From the NCBI GenBank assembly GCA_017453305.1, contig JAFTKJ010000025.1, positions 392 to 64,391 of the forward strand: 64,000 nt of DNA. Direction: 5' to 3'. The stretch comes from Clostridia bacterium (GTDB lineage: Bacteria > Bacillota > Clostridia > Oscillospirales > CAG-272). The translations under genes were made by a program, and so were the position numbers. This document shows, one piece after another, positions 10,102 through 19,647 of the stretch (positions are counted from its first letter, which is position 1; each line of letters starts with the position of its first letter). The notes under the pieces were generated by a model. It had not been told where the DNA came from. It saw only the letters and a program-made list of their open reading frames with translations, and made no database searches.

Positions 10102-13100
10102 TTATTTGGTAGGAGCGGTGGTGGTCTCAGCCGTGGTGATCAGCCCCTCCACCTTTTCCATGTTCTCTTCGTGGAGCTTGTAGCCGCCGTCCTTTACGAG
10201 CTGGTCGATGTGAGAAGCAACCTCAGCAGAGATCCAACCGTCTCTTGCGGTACGGAGCCAGGTCTGCTCGGTGGACATGAAGAATGCTACGTAGTAGCCC
10301 TCTTCCTTTGCCTGGAGTACGGTCTTGTCGTTTGCTTTGCGGTCAGCGGAGAAGAGCCAGTTCTTCAGGTTCTCGTCGGAGATGGTTTCCTTCTTGATGG
10401 AGGAGGAAACGGTTGCAGCAGTCTGGGACTGTTCACCCTTGTCGTTGGTGGTGGTTGCGCTCAAAGCAACGAAGTGATCAACCAACGGGAAGCCGGTCTT
10501 ATCGCCAAGACCCTTAAGAGCCTTGTTTGCTTCCTTCTCGGATTCGAACAGCAGGTAGCCGCCGTAGATGACCGCATCTTCCTTCTTGACCTGCTTCATG
10601 GGCTCGTCAATGAGGTAGATGTTGTAGCTACCGGTTGCCTTTCCGCTGGAATCGGTTGCCGCAAAGAAGGAGATGTCTTCCTTGTTGCGATCGAATACGC
10701 GATCGGGACCCTTGTCGCCCTGTGCCTCCTTGTACTCACCGGCACAGATCCATTCCTGGTAGGTGCCCTTGGTGGAGCTTTCGGGATGAGAAAGGGTAGA
10801 AGGCTTTACTGCAAATGCGTTATCAAGCTTGGTCTTGATTGCACGGAAATAGCTGTAGTATTCGCTATCCTCAAAGGTTGCATAGGTGATATCGTACTTG
10901 GTCTTATCATCCTCGGTCGTGATCTTGGTTACCGTGAAGACGTAAGAGGTGCCGTTTGCGTTTGCCTGATAGTAAGTGCCCGTCTTGATCTCTGCGTTAT
11001 CCTCGTACAGAATATCAAGGATCGCATCGGGAGCGGTGTTGGTAGCGTTTTTGTCGCTGGGATCGTTGGTGGTAGTCTTGTCTGCGTCTGCAGGCATGGT
11101 TACCTTGTTTGCCTTGATATCATCGTAGAACTTCTTTGCCAGATCATCAGCGGACTTGTTATCGGTGGTATTCTTTCTGTCGTCGGTGGCAAGATCCTTC
11201 AAGATCAGATCGTAGTAGCCCTTAACAGTGTCGGAAACGATGGTGGCATCGTCATATTTGTATTCCTTCCAACCTGCCTTTACAGTGTCGGCAGCATCGT
11301 CGGTCGCCTTGGGGAATACGTATACGAGATATACGCTGTCCTCACCCTCAATAACAGAGACCTTACCAAGGTTCTTGGAGTTGAAAATGAAATCGAAGAG
11401 TGCAGAATCCATGCTCTCTTTGGTTGTGGTGTTGTTGGTGTAGGGAGTTGCTGTGATTCCGAAGAGAGACTCAAGCTTGGACTGCAAGAGATCAATGTCC
11501 TCTTGCTTGGTCGAGCCTGCATAGGTTGCGATCTGCTCGTAGTCAGCCTCCGCCTTCTTGTTGAGAACCAGAGACTGGAAGTTGTCATCCATCACGTACT
11601 TGAGCACCTGGGTCTTGAATACCTCGTAGGTCAGGCTGTAGGTGGGAGCTGCGGTGGAGGAGCTGAGCAGGGAAGCGAACTCATCCTCGAATACGCGCAG
11701 GATCGCGCAGAATTCGGAATCCTCGAAGGTGACGTAGGAAACGGTGTAGTTGGTGGTGTTTTCTTCAATTGCGGTTACCTTGTAAACGTAGGAAACGCCT
11801 GCGTTGTTGAGCTGGCGGATCATACCCTCGGTGACCTTTGCATCCTTTGCGTAAAGGACCTCAACGATTTCGTCGGGAGCGGTGTTTTCGTAAGTCTTGT
11901 TTGCGGTGAGCGTCGTGTTCTTGATCACGGTCTCAATCGCATCTGCGGGCATTGCGTTCTTGTCTGCATCCAGAACGATCATCAATTCGGTTGCAAGATC
12001 CTCAGCGGACTTGTGCTCGGAGGTATTCTCGCCGGTCTTGATGGAGTCGGTCAAGAGAGCCTCAACGTCTGCGGGGAGGGTTCCGGTGTATTCCTTCCAG
12101 CCGATGTTAGCCTTGGTGGTGGTAGCGGTCTTTGCAAAGTATACGAGATATGCGCAATCCTCACCGCCAACAATTCGGAAGGAGTTCTGCTTGTTGGAAG
12201 TAACGAAAGCGATTGCAGCGATCTCATCGATCAGCTCGGGGGTGTAGGTAGTCTCTCCGTCTTTTTCGGTCTTGGTGTATTCCTTTGCGGTAATGCCAAG
12301 CTCGGTCAGCTTTGCGGTGAGCTCGTCACCGGAAAGCTCCTCCAGAGCCTTCTTATCAACGGAAGCAAGATACTTTGCGTAAGCGGTCTTTGCATTCTCT
12401 CTCATAAAGTCGCCTGCAAAGAACTCTCTGATCATATCCTCGGAAGCACCGTTGAATGCATAGTACTTTGCTTCAAAGTGTCCGGAGGGGTTCTTCAAGA
12501 TGTAGTCCTGAAGCTGATCGTTGGTTGCAACGCCCTCAAGAGCCATGGACTTGTAGTCGGAGTATTTGGTGTACATTACCAGCAGTCTTGCTGCGTCCTC
12601 AATGTCGGAAACCTGGAAGGTGTCGCCAACGGCGATGTTCAAGAAGTTCTTGAAGGTGGAGTAGGAAGCGTACTGGGAGCTTGCGTAAACGCTTTGCATC
12701 CAGGTAACGACCTCCTTGACCTCTGCCTTGTCGTGTGCCTCAAGCTTCAAGCCGTTCTTGACTGCTTCGTCAGCACCTGCTACCAGCTCAAGCAGATAAT
12801 CCTCAACGGAGGTCAGGCTCGTGCGAAGAGCGGAGGTGGTGTAGTAGGAAGCGACTGCAATACCGTAATCGGCAGCGGAAGCGTATCCCTTCAGGATCTC
12901 GTTGGTATCCTCATAAATGCCGTACTGCGTATACAGATATTCGTAGTATGCCTGCTGATACATGTTTTGCCAAAGCACGAACGTTGCCATTTGCTGGTTG
13001 ATGTCGTACTTGCCGCTGTTACTCTCTACCAGAATACGGGTACGGTATACGATACCGCCGTTGAGCAGGGAGATTGCAACAGCACCGATCAGAATAACTG

Positions 13101-13239
13101 CCAGAAGAACGAAGCAGATGGTCATCTTTGCCCATTTCGGCATAATGAACTGCTGTTTCTTAGCTCTATCCTTTGCTTTTGCGGGGTTGGTCTGTTTGTC
13201 TTCAACATGAAGCTGTCTGTTTCTTTTTCCTTTTCCCAT
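10102..13239 (-). CDS. large membrane-anchored (signal-anchor) extracellular protein with internal duplicated ~100-aa modules, function unknown
   Basis: Start at MGKGKRNRQ (RBS gaaaggaa); single N-terminal TM (ICFVLLAVILIGAVAISLL); D/E/K/T-rich ectodomain; two homologous segments (..NTAPDEIVEVLYAKDAKV..YVTFEDSEF.. vs ..NTAPDAILDILYEDNAEI..YATFEDSEY..). Confidence 0.55.
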   Translation of the reverse strand: MGKGKRNRQLHVEDKQTNPAKAKDRAKKQQFIMPKWAKMTICFVLLAVILIGAVAISLLNGGIVYRTRILVESNSGKYDINQQMATFVLWQNMYQQAYYEYLYTQYGIYEDTNEILKGYASAADYGIAVASYYTTSALRTSLTSVEDYLLELVAGADEAVKNGLKLEAHDKAEVKEVVTWMQSVYASSQYASYSTFKNFLNIAVGDTFQVSDIEDAARLLVMYTKYSDYKSMALEGVATNDQLQDYILKNPSGHFEAKYYAFNGASEDMIREFFAGDFMRENAKTAYAKYLASVDKKALEELSGDELTAKLTELGITAKEYTKTEKDGETTYTPELIDEIAAIAFVTSNKQNSFRIVGGEDCAYLVYFAKTATTTKANIGWKEYTGTLPADVEALLTDSIKTGENTSEHKSAEDLATELMIVLDADKNAMPADAIETVIKNTTLTANKTYENTAPDEIVEVLYAKDAKVTEGMIRQLNNAGVSYVYKVTAIEENTTNYTVSYVTFEDSEFCAILRVFEDEFASLLSSSTAAPTYSLTYEVFKTQVLKYVMDDNFQSLVLNKKAEADYEQIATYAGSTKQEDIDLLQSKLESLFGITATPYTNNTTTKESMDSALFDFIFNSKNLGKVSVIEGEDSVYLVYVFPKATDDAADTVKAGWKEYKYDDATIVSDTVKGYYDLILKDLATDDRKNTTDNKSADDLAKKFYDDIKANKVTMPADADKTTTNDPSDKNATNTAPDAILDILYEDNAEIKTGTYYQANANGTSYVFTVTKITTEDDKTKYDITYATFEDSEYYSYFRAIKTKLDNAFAVKPSTLSHPESSTKGTYQEWICAGEYKEAQGDKGPDRVFDRNKEDISFFAATDSSGKATGSYNIYLIDEPMKQVKKEDAVIYGGYLLFESEKEANKALKGLGDKTGFPLVDHFVALSATTTNDKGEQSQTAATVSSSIKKETISDENLKNWLFSADRKANDKTVLQAKEEGYYVAFFMSTEQTWLRTARDGWISAEVASHIDQLVKDGGYKLHEENMEKVEGLITTAETTTAPTK

Positions 13240-13379
13240 GATGGATATTCCTTTCTTTTTTGAGTGTTTTGGCACGAGGCTAAAACACAATTAAAGATAT
13301 TATATCTTTGTTCTGTGAAAACCTTGTGTCTTGAATATGAACAAAGACAAAATTTTAAGAGATGATGCACAAATTATGA

Positions 13380-15071
13380 TCAAATATTCATGATAACGGG
13401 CAAAATCATCGGTTTTCTCTTCGTTTTACTGTAGAGGAACTTGGTCAACTCGTCCTTGACGCGTCGCTTGAGCTGTACGCGGTCGACGGGGTCGGAATCG
13501 TACAAAATATCGGTGATCGCATCGTACGCGATATTTTTTGCCTCCTCCATCAGCTCCTCTGCTTCGCGTACGTAAACGAAGCCGCGCGAAACGATGTCGG
13601 GACCCGAGAGCAGCATGCGCTCATCTGTATCTACTGTGGCAACCACTACGATCAAGCCGTCCTGTGCCAGGTGTCGGCGGTCGCGCAGGACGATGTTTCC
13701 AACGTCACCGACGCCGTAGCCGTCCACAAGAATTTTGCCTGCGGGTACGGTGCCGTTCCAGCGCGCGCCGTCGGCATCGATCTCTAAGATCTTGCCGATC
13801 TCGGAGATGAAGATATTCTTGCTATCGATGCCCATATAGTGGGCAAGGTCGCGGTTGGCGCACAGATGTCGGCTCTCTCCGTGAATGGGCATGAGATAGC
13901 GTGGCTTTGTCAGAGCCATCATCAGCTTGATCTCCTCCTGGCATGCGTGCCCGGAGACGTGGACCTCCACGACTGCATCGTGCAGGACCTCCACCGCGTT
14001 TTTGGAGAGCTCATTGATGATGCGCCCCACCAGCTTTTCATTTCCGGGGATGGCGGAAGCGGAGAGGACGACAAGGTCGTTGGAGTCCAGCGAGACCTGC
14101 ATATGGTCGGAAAACGCCATACGGTAGAGCGCGGACATCGGCTCACCCTGGCTTCCCGTGGTGATGATGGTCAATTCTCCCGGCTTGTACCGCTTGATCT
14201 CGTTGATGTCGACCAGCACGCCGCTTGGGATGGTCATGTAGCCCAATTCGGTAGCAGCGCTGACGATGTTGAGCATGCTACGTCCCGTAATGGCAACCTT
14301 TCTGCCGTGGTGGGCGCTGGTGTCGATGATCTGCTGTACGCGGTGTACGTTGGAGGAGAAGGTGGCAATGATGATGCGCTTTTTGGGATGGGAAGCAAAA
14401 ATGCTTTCCAGGGAAGCGCCTACCTTTTTCTCGGAAGGGGTATATCCCGGGCGTTCTGCGTTTGTGGATTCACACATCAGCATCAAGACCCCTTCGCGTC
14501 CCAATTCGCCAAGGCGCATAATGTCCATCATTTCGCCATCGATGGGGGAGGTGTCCAATTTGAAGTCGCCGGTGTGAAGCAGGACTCCTAAGGGAGTATG
14601 CAGAGCGATTGCACAAGCATCCGCAATGGAGTGATTGACGTGAATGAACTCTGCCGAAATGCTTCCAAGCTTAACGGTATCTCCCGCGTTGACAACGTTC
14701 AATTTCGGTGTCCAGGGCAGAACGTGCTCCTCCAGCTTGTTCCGTATGATTCCAAGCGTCAGAGGGGTGCCGTAGATGGGTACGTTGATCGTTCGCAAGA
14801 GATAGGGGACAGCGCCGATGTGATCCTCGTGACCGTGGGTCAGAAGCACGCCACGCAAGCGATCCTTGTTTGCTTCCAGATAAGTGATGTCCTGGATGAC
14901 CAGATCGATGCCGGGCATATCGTCCTCGGGAAAGCCGAGTCCGCAATCGATGACGACCATGTCGTTATCGTATTCGACCACGGTCATGTTTTTGCCGATC
15001 TCTCCAAGGCCGCCCAAGGGAATGATACGAATCTTGCCTGTGATCTTTCCTTTTTTTGGTTTTCTTGGCAT
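13380..15071 (-). CDS. rnj: ribonuclease J
   Basis: Start at MPRKPKKGKI; metallo-beta-lactamase HxHxDH (THGHEDHIGAVPYLL), beta-CASP and C-terminal domain; 563 aa. Confidence 0.9.
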   Translation of the reverse strand: MPRKPKKGKITGKIRIIPLGGLGEIGKNMTVVEYDNDMVVIDCGLGFPEDDMPGIDLVIQDITYLEANKDRLRGVLLTHGHEDHIGAVPYLLRTINVPIYGTPLTLGIIRNKLEEHVLPWTPKLNVVNAGDTVKLGSISAEFIHVNHSIADACAIALHTPLGVLLHTGDFKLDTSPIDGEMMDIMRLGELGREGVLMLMCESTNAERPGYTPSEKKVGASLESIFASHPKKRIIIATFSSNVHRVQQIIDTSAHHGRKVAITGRSMLNIVSAATELGYMTIPSGVLVDINEIKRYKPGELTIITTGSQGEPMSALYRMAFSDHMQVSLDSNDLVVLSASAIPGNEKLVGRIINELSKNAVEVLHDAVVEVHVSGHACQEEIKLMMALTKPRYLMPIHGESRHLCANRDLAHYMGIDSKNIFISEIGKILEIDADGARWNGTVPAGKILVDGYGVGDVGNIVLRDRRHLAQDGLIVVVATVDTDERMLLSGPDIVSRGFVYVREAEELMEEAKNIAYDAITDILYDSDPVDRVQLKRRVKDELTKFLYSKTKRKPMILPVIMNI

Positions 15072-15371
15072 TCTGAAATTTATGATCCTTTCTAAATAAA
15101 TATTGTAATTTGTATTTGCCGTATGCACAGAAAAATTGCCCTTTGAGCGCAAAAATGAGCACAAAAAGGGAAGCCTTACCCGCGCGGAGACCACGCCCCT
15201 CTCCGGCGGTCAAGGTTGAACGATATTTGTAAAAGCAGGTCCGCCGCACGCAAAAGCCGTCGGGCGGATTGTATATAACGGTCTCATACAACTCATTATA
15301 TTATACTACAAATCAGAGTAGAAGTCAAGGGGTTGTTTAAATTTTTATCCTCGATTGTTGGCATTTAGACA
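15072..15371 (-). promoter_or_regulatory. long structured 5' leader/promoter region of rnj
   Basis: 300 bp non-coding with several GC-rich hairpins (ccgcgcggaga/tctccggcgg; tccgcc...ggcgga); RNase J genes are commonly autoregulated through their leaders. Confidence 0.3.
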
Positions 15372-15641
15372 CTACAAAACAAGAAAAAAGACCAGTGCCG
15401 CCAATATTCCGCCGCATAAGCTCCCCGCACCGAAAAACAGCCAGCGCCACAAGCGAGGATGCTCCTTTTTTGTACAGCTTTGCGTGCTGTCCGAGAGAAG
15501 CTTATTGACCTCGAATAAAAAATCTCCCGACTCTCGTTCATGCTCCTTCAAATCCCGTCGCAGTACAAAATACGCCTCGTCAAAATAGCGGCTGTTACCC
15601 GTGCGCACGACGATCATTTGTTTTCGAGCTCCTTTGATCAT
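15372..15641 (-). CDS. small hypothetical protein with C-terminal transmembrane anchor
   Basis: 89 aa; soluble N-domain then LWRWLFFGAGSLCGGILAALVFFLVL. Confidence 0.4.
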   Translation of the reverse strand: MIKGARKQMIVVRTGNSRYFDEAYFVLRRDLKEHERESGDFLFEVNKLLSDSTQSCTKKEHPRLWRWLFFGAGSLCGGILAALVFFLVL

Positions 15642-15767
15642 GGTAAAATTCCTCCGTCCTTTTTGTTTATTTACAGTATTTGCCTGAAAAAATCAAAAAA
15701 ACACAGCTGTAAAAAATAAAAGGTAAATTGTCCTTTTCTCCCAAAAAAGTAAAAAACAAAATTTGTC

Positions 15768-15796
15768 TTGACAGAATTGAAAAAATGGTATATAAT
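15768..15796 (+). promoter_or_regulatory. sigma-A promoter (TTGACA-17-TATAAT, extended TG) for abrB-like gene
   Basis: ttgaca 15768-15773; tggtatataat 15786-15796. Confidence 0.55.
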
Positions 15797-15885
15797 ATAC
15801 GCGGATGCGAATTTTGTCGCATCCTGCAAAGATATGATATATAAGGTCGACAAAAGTATAGAAACAAAATTCAACGAAAAGGAGA

Positions 15886-16140
15886 TTGATTATGAAATCA
15901 ACGGGTATGGTCAGAAAGGTGGATGAGCTTGGCAGAATCGTTTTACCGTCGGAGATCCGCCAAAGCATGGACATCAAGGTGCGTGATGCTTTGGAGATCT
16001 TTACGGACGAAGGGCGCATCGTTCTTCAAAAGTACGAACCGTCCTGCATTTTTTGCACAAGCATTGATAACATCGTGTACTATAAAAACAAGCGCATTTG
16101 CGGCGCATGCCTTGCAAAGCTGAAGGAGATGGAGCCTTAA
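15886..16140 (+). CDS. abrB: AbrB/SpoVT-family transition-state regulator homolog with C-terminal 4-Cys extension
   Basis: MKSTGMVRKVDELGRIVLPSEIRQSMDIKVRDALEIF matches AbrB N-domain (MKSTGIVRKVDELGRVVIPIELRR..); C-terminus CIFC...CGAC. Confidence 0.8.
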   Translation: MIMKSTGMVRKVDELGRIVLPSEIRQSMDIKVRDALEIFTDEGRIVLQKYEPSCIFCTSIDNIVYYKNKRICGACLAKLKEMEP

Positions 16141-16162
16141 GGATAAGGCTGCAAAAAGAACG

Positions 16163-16192
16163 GGGACTGAGTCAAGCGACTCAGTCCCCGTT
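16163..16192. terminator. perfect hairpin terminator between convergent abrB-like and small-peptide genes
   Basis: cggggactgagtc-aagc-gactcagtccccg; T-run on minus side. Confidence 0.55.
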
Positions 16193-16200
16193 GGCGTTCA

Positions 16201-16293
16201 TCAATGACCGCAGCAGCAGGAGAGCAGGATGATGGCGATGATGATGAGCCAGAGGGTGTTGTTATCAAACAGATTGCAGAAGCAGTTATTCAT
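16201..16293 (-). CDS. 30-aa Cys-rich hydrophobic peptide (YjcZ-like / small membrane peptide)
   Basis: MNNCFCNLFDNNTLWLIIIAIILLSCCCGH; strong RBS caaggaggatctattATG; own terminator; not in supplied ORF track (too short). Confidence 0.45.
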   Translation of the reverse strand: MNNCFCNLFDNNTLWLIIIAIILLSCCCGH

Positions 16294-16445
16294 AATAGAT
16301 CCTCCTTGAATAAGTGGAAGGAGCAGACGTTCTGTTTGCCCTTCTGCTATCATTTTATGGCGGATACGGAAAAACGTGAATACTTTTTGTCGGTTTTTAG
16401 AGAAAAAAGGGGAGAGCTCCCGTGTGTGGAGCTCTCCCCCGGGGG

Positions 16446-16937
16446 TTAAAGATACGAGAACAAAAGACGCTGACTGTGCGGATCCATTTTTGTGTGATCC
16501 GGAATTTCATAGCGGTTGTCGTTGCTGTCGCGGATGATGATGCGGTTTGTGCCTCGCAGCTGCTTGATGTCGCTGTGGCGGTTGCGAATGCGGAAGGTGA
16601 CCACGCCACGGTCTGTCTCTACCGTCCATCTCAACGCGCCGAATTTTTCCTCGCTCTTGATCAGGCTTTGGATGTGCGGGATCATATAGTACTCGCGGAA
16701 GCACTCCTCAAGGGCGCGCACCGAGGCTTCGTCGATCTCGGCGTAGTCTCGTACAAAGGCGAGCTCGCGCTCGTTTTCATCCAAAAGGGTGATAAACATG
16801 GTGGCGTTCGTAATGGGGAAGAGGCGGCGTGGCTCGAGGTTTTCGATCACCGAGCCGTCACGCAGGGTCAAGCGTACGCGATACACGTCGGTTCTTTCCA
16901 GGCGTCCCGTATATTGGTCGATGTAAATTCTGCCCAT
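16446..16937 (-). CDS. DUF1854-like protein (ABC-transporter-associated)
   Basis: 163 aa, immediately downstream of ABC exporter in same orientation; family assignment from memory of DUF1854 gene context. Confidence 0.5.
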   Translation of the reverse strand: MGRIYIDQYTGRLERTDVYRVRLTLRDGSVIENLEPRRLFPITNATMFITLLDENERELAFVRDYAEIDEASVRALEECFREYYMIPHIQSLIKSEEKFGALRWTVETDRGVVTFRIRNRHSDIKQLRGTNRIIIRDSNDNRYEIPDHTKMDPHSQRLLFSYL

Positions 16938-16948
16938 CGCTCATTACC

Positions 16949-19222
16949 TCACTCAAAATTTTCTTCGCGCTTGGATTGCGCGACCTTGTCGGACATGGAT
17001 TGGATCTGTACCAATCGGTAGTATTTGCCCTTTTTCTCCATCAGCTCCTGCGGTGTACCGAATTCTAAGATCTTGCCGTTGTCAACAACGACGATCTTGT
17101 TTGCCTTGGAAAGGGTGGAAAGTCGGTGTGCGATCATCAGCGTGGTACGACCGCTGATCAAATGCTCGATCGCATCCTGAATCAAGTGCTCGGTCTCAGA
17201 GTCCACCGAGGCGGTTGCCTCGTCGAATACCAGCATGCGCGGATTGCGAAGCACGGCACGTGCGATGGAAAGTCGCTGGCGCTCACCGCCCGAAAGTCCC
17301 ACGCCGCGCTCACCCAGCACCGAATCGTATCCGTCGGGCTGACGCACGATAAATTCATGCGCGTTGGCAATATCTGCGGCGTTAATGACCTCATCCACCG
17401 AGAAGTTGGGATCGCCGTAAGCGATGTTGTTGAAGATGGTGTCATGGAACATCATCGGCTCCTGCTGTACGTACCCGATGTGTGAGCGATAATACTGCAT
17501 GTCGATCTTGCGGATGTCAACGCCTCCCACGGTGATCTGTCCCTCGTAGTTGTCATAGTAACGGAGGAGCAGGTTGATCAAGGTAGATTTGCCCGAGCCG
17601 GTGGTGCCTACGATACCGACGATGTCACCGGGCTCAATCACGAGGTTGACGTCCTTGAGTACCTTTTTGGTGCGGTCAAAGGAGAAGTTGACGTGCTTGA
17701 ATTCAATTCTGCCGCCAATGTCGGCGTCGGTGTTGCCTTTACCAAAGTCGTGCTCGGGCTCGGCGTCCAGAATATCCATAATGCGTTCGGCGGATGCCAG
17801 GGCGTTTTGGGTGGAGTCCGAAAGGTTTGCAAAGAACTCAACAGGTCCGTAGAACATGCTTGCATAAGAAATAAAGGAAACCAAAAGACCAATCGAAATG
17901 CTGCCAACGGTTTGCGTTTCGATGGCGTCAATGACGAGATTTCCGCCAAGACTCCAGATCACCACGCTTCCGCAGGCAACCAGGCAGTTGACAATGGCGG
18001 GGTAGGTGTGCAGGATCTTTCCTGCCTTGGAGTCGGTGCTTCTCCACTCCTCAACGCAAGTGCCAAAGCGGGAGACGGTGTTCTTTTCGTTGGTGAAGGA
18101 CTTAATGACGCGAATGCCGGGAATGGTATCGGTCAGGGTAGAGGTCACCGCCGAGGAGCGGCGCCAGATGCGGTGATAAAAGGGGGCGATCTTCTTGCGG
18201 AAGATGCGGGAGCCGATGACCACCAGCGGTACGGGGGCAAGGGAATAAAGCGTCAGGGTGGGGTGAATGCAAAGCATGATGACGATGATACCCACCATTT
18301 TAAAGAACTGAACGACCACCTCCTGCGTAATGCGGAGCATAAAGGATTGCAGAGTTGCGGTGTCGCCGCTGATGCGGTTGATGACAGAGCCTGTGGAGGT
18401 CTTATCGTAAAAGCTCATGGGGAGGTGCTGTGCCTTTTCATAAACGTCGCAACGGATGCGCGCCACGATCTTATTTCCCGAAATGCGGAGCATGTAGCCG
18501 CGTACGCCGCTCAAGCCGTAGTTGATCAAGTGGACGAATATCAGCGCAATGGAGATCCACATCAGCATTTCGCGGTTGTAGTTGGGAAGCACGTCGTCCA
18601 CCAGCGTTCGCGTCAGCATGGGAGGAACGAGCGCCAAAAAGGTTGTTATAATGGAAAGGATGACCGAAATGATCAGGACGAAGGTCTCGGGCTTGAGATA
18701 GGCACCAAGCTTTTTGAAGAGCTTGCCCTTGTTCATGCAGTTGATACAGGGAACGCCGGGAGCAGAGAGGGTACGTCCGCACTTGGGGCAAACCGAGAGC
18801 AGCTTTTGATAGGTGGCTTCCACCGCCTCAAGAGCTTCCTCGGGGGAGGCGCCGCCGTTGACGTCGGTGACGTAGTTGACCACTGCATCGCACAGTGCCG
18901 TAACGGTAAAATTGAAACGGAACAGATCTACCTGACGTCCGTCACATAGCTTTGCACGCATCAGACCGTTTCCGTACATGCGCTTGTTGAAAATCTTTTC
19001 AATCTGCGAGATCTGCAGAGGATCCGAGGTCTGATCGGTGCCAAAATCGTGTGTAAACAGATGCGTTCGCGTTCCAAGCAGAACAAAGCTTCCGTAACGT
19101 GCCAAGGCAGAGATCTCACCTACGATCGCAAACAGGATCGGTTCGTCCGGAAGGGCGAGGGAGAGTATTTTATCCCTCTTCTTTTCATCAAGCTTGACGT
19201 TGGTTAAAAACGTTGTTTCCAT
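16949..19222 (-). CDS. ABC exporter, fused permease/ATPase with ~190-aa N-terminal cytoplasmic zinc-ribbon domain
   Basis: 757 aa; N-domain with CPKCGR...CINC; 6 TM; Walker A GTTGSGKST, signature LSGGERQRLSIARA, Walker B. Confidence 0.85.
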   Translation of the reverse strand: METTFLTNVKLDEKKRDKILSLALPDEPILFAIVGEISALARYGSFVLLGTRTHLFTHDFGTDQTSDPLQISQIEKIFNKRMYGNGLMRAKLCDGRQVDLFRFNFTVTALCDAVVNYVTDVNGGASPEEALEAVEATYQKLLSVCPKCGRTLSAPGVPCINCMNKGKLFKKLGAYLKPETFVLIISVILSIITTFLALVPPMLTRTLVDDVLPNYNREMLMWISIALIFVHLINYGLSGVRGYMLRISGNKIVARIRCDVYEKAQHLPMSFYDKTSTGSVINRISGDTATLQSFMLRITQEVVVQFFKMVGIIVIMLCIHPTLTLYSLAPVPLVVIGSRIFRKKIAPFYHRIWRRSSAVTSTLTDTIPGIRVIKSFTNEKNTVSRFGTCVEEWRSTDSKAGKILHTYPAIVNCLVACGSVVIWSLGGNLVIDAIETQTVGSISIGLLVSFISYASMFYGPVEFFANLSDSTQNALASAERIMDILDAEPEHDFGKGNTDADIGGRIEFKHVNFSFDRTKKVLKDVNLVIEPGDIVGIVGTTGSGKSTLINLLLRYYDNYEGQITVGGVDIRKIDMQYYRSHIGYVQQEPMMFHDTIFNNIAYGDPNFSVDEVINAADIANAHEFIVRQPDGYDSVLGERGVGLSGGERQRLSIARAVLRNPRMLVFDEATASVDSETEHLIQDAIEHLISGRTTLMIAHRLSTLSKANKIVVVDNGKILEFGTPQELMEKKGKYYRLVQIQSMSDKVAQSKREENFE

Positions 19223-19647
19223 AAGTCAATTCGCCGCCAAAGCGACCCTCCTTTTCGGATTCGCGCACATTATACCACCCCTTTTTTGCGTTGTCAACCC
19301 CTTTTTCAACTTTTTGGGGGTGGCAAATCGGCAAACTTTTTTGTGCATTCTGCACAAATTGAAATTTGTTAAAATATGCATATTGGGGCTTTGATATGCA
19401 AATTTATGCCCGAATTTGATGTTTTTTATCAAAATTGGGAGAAATGTTTATGTTTTGGAGCGCAATACTTTTCGTCATTGTTCACAAAAATGAGAAAAAG
19501 CGGATTAAATGAAGGGGAAAAAACGGTGAAAAAACAGCAAAAATATTCCAATAAAAATAAGCACATGGTGTAGACAAACGCATTTTTTTATGCTATAATG
19601 GTCTTAATGCACCAAACGCGTGCTATTGACGCAAGGAGGATGTAATT

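Noticed and set aside
10171-13263. 1030-aa plus-strand ORF
   Set aside because: Antisense shadow of the real minus-strand surface-protein gene; composition is C/G/V/L-rich and there is no RBS, whereas the minus frame has a TM anchor, an RBS and biased codon usage.
16204-16449. 81-aa plus-strand ORF
   Set aside because: No RBS; it overlaps the well-supported minus-strand small peptide gene and terminator; acidic low-complexity translation.
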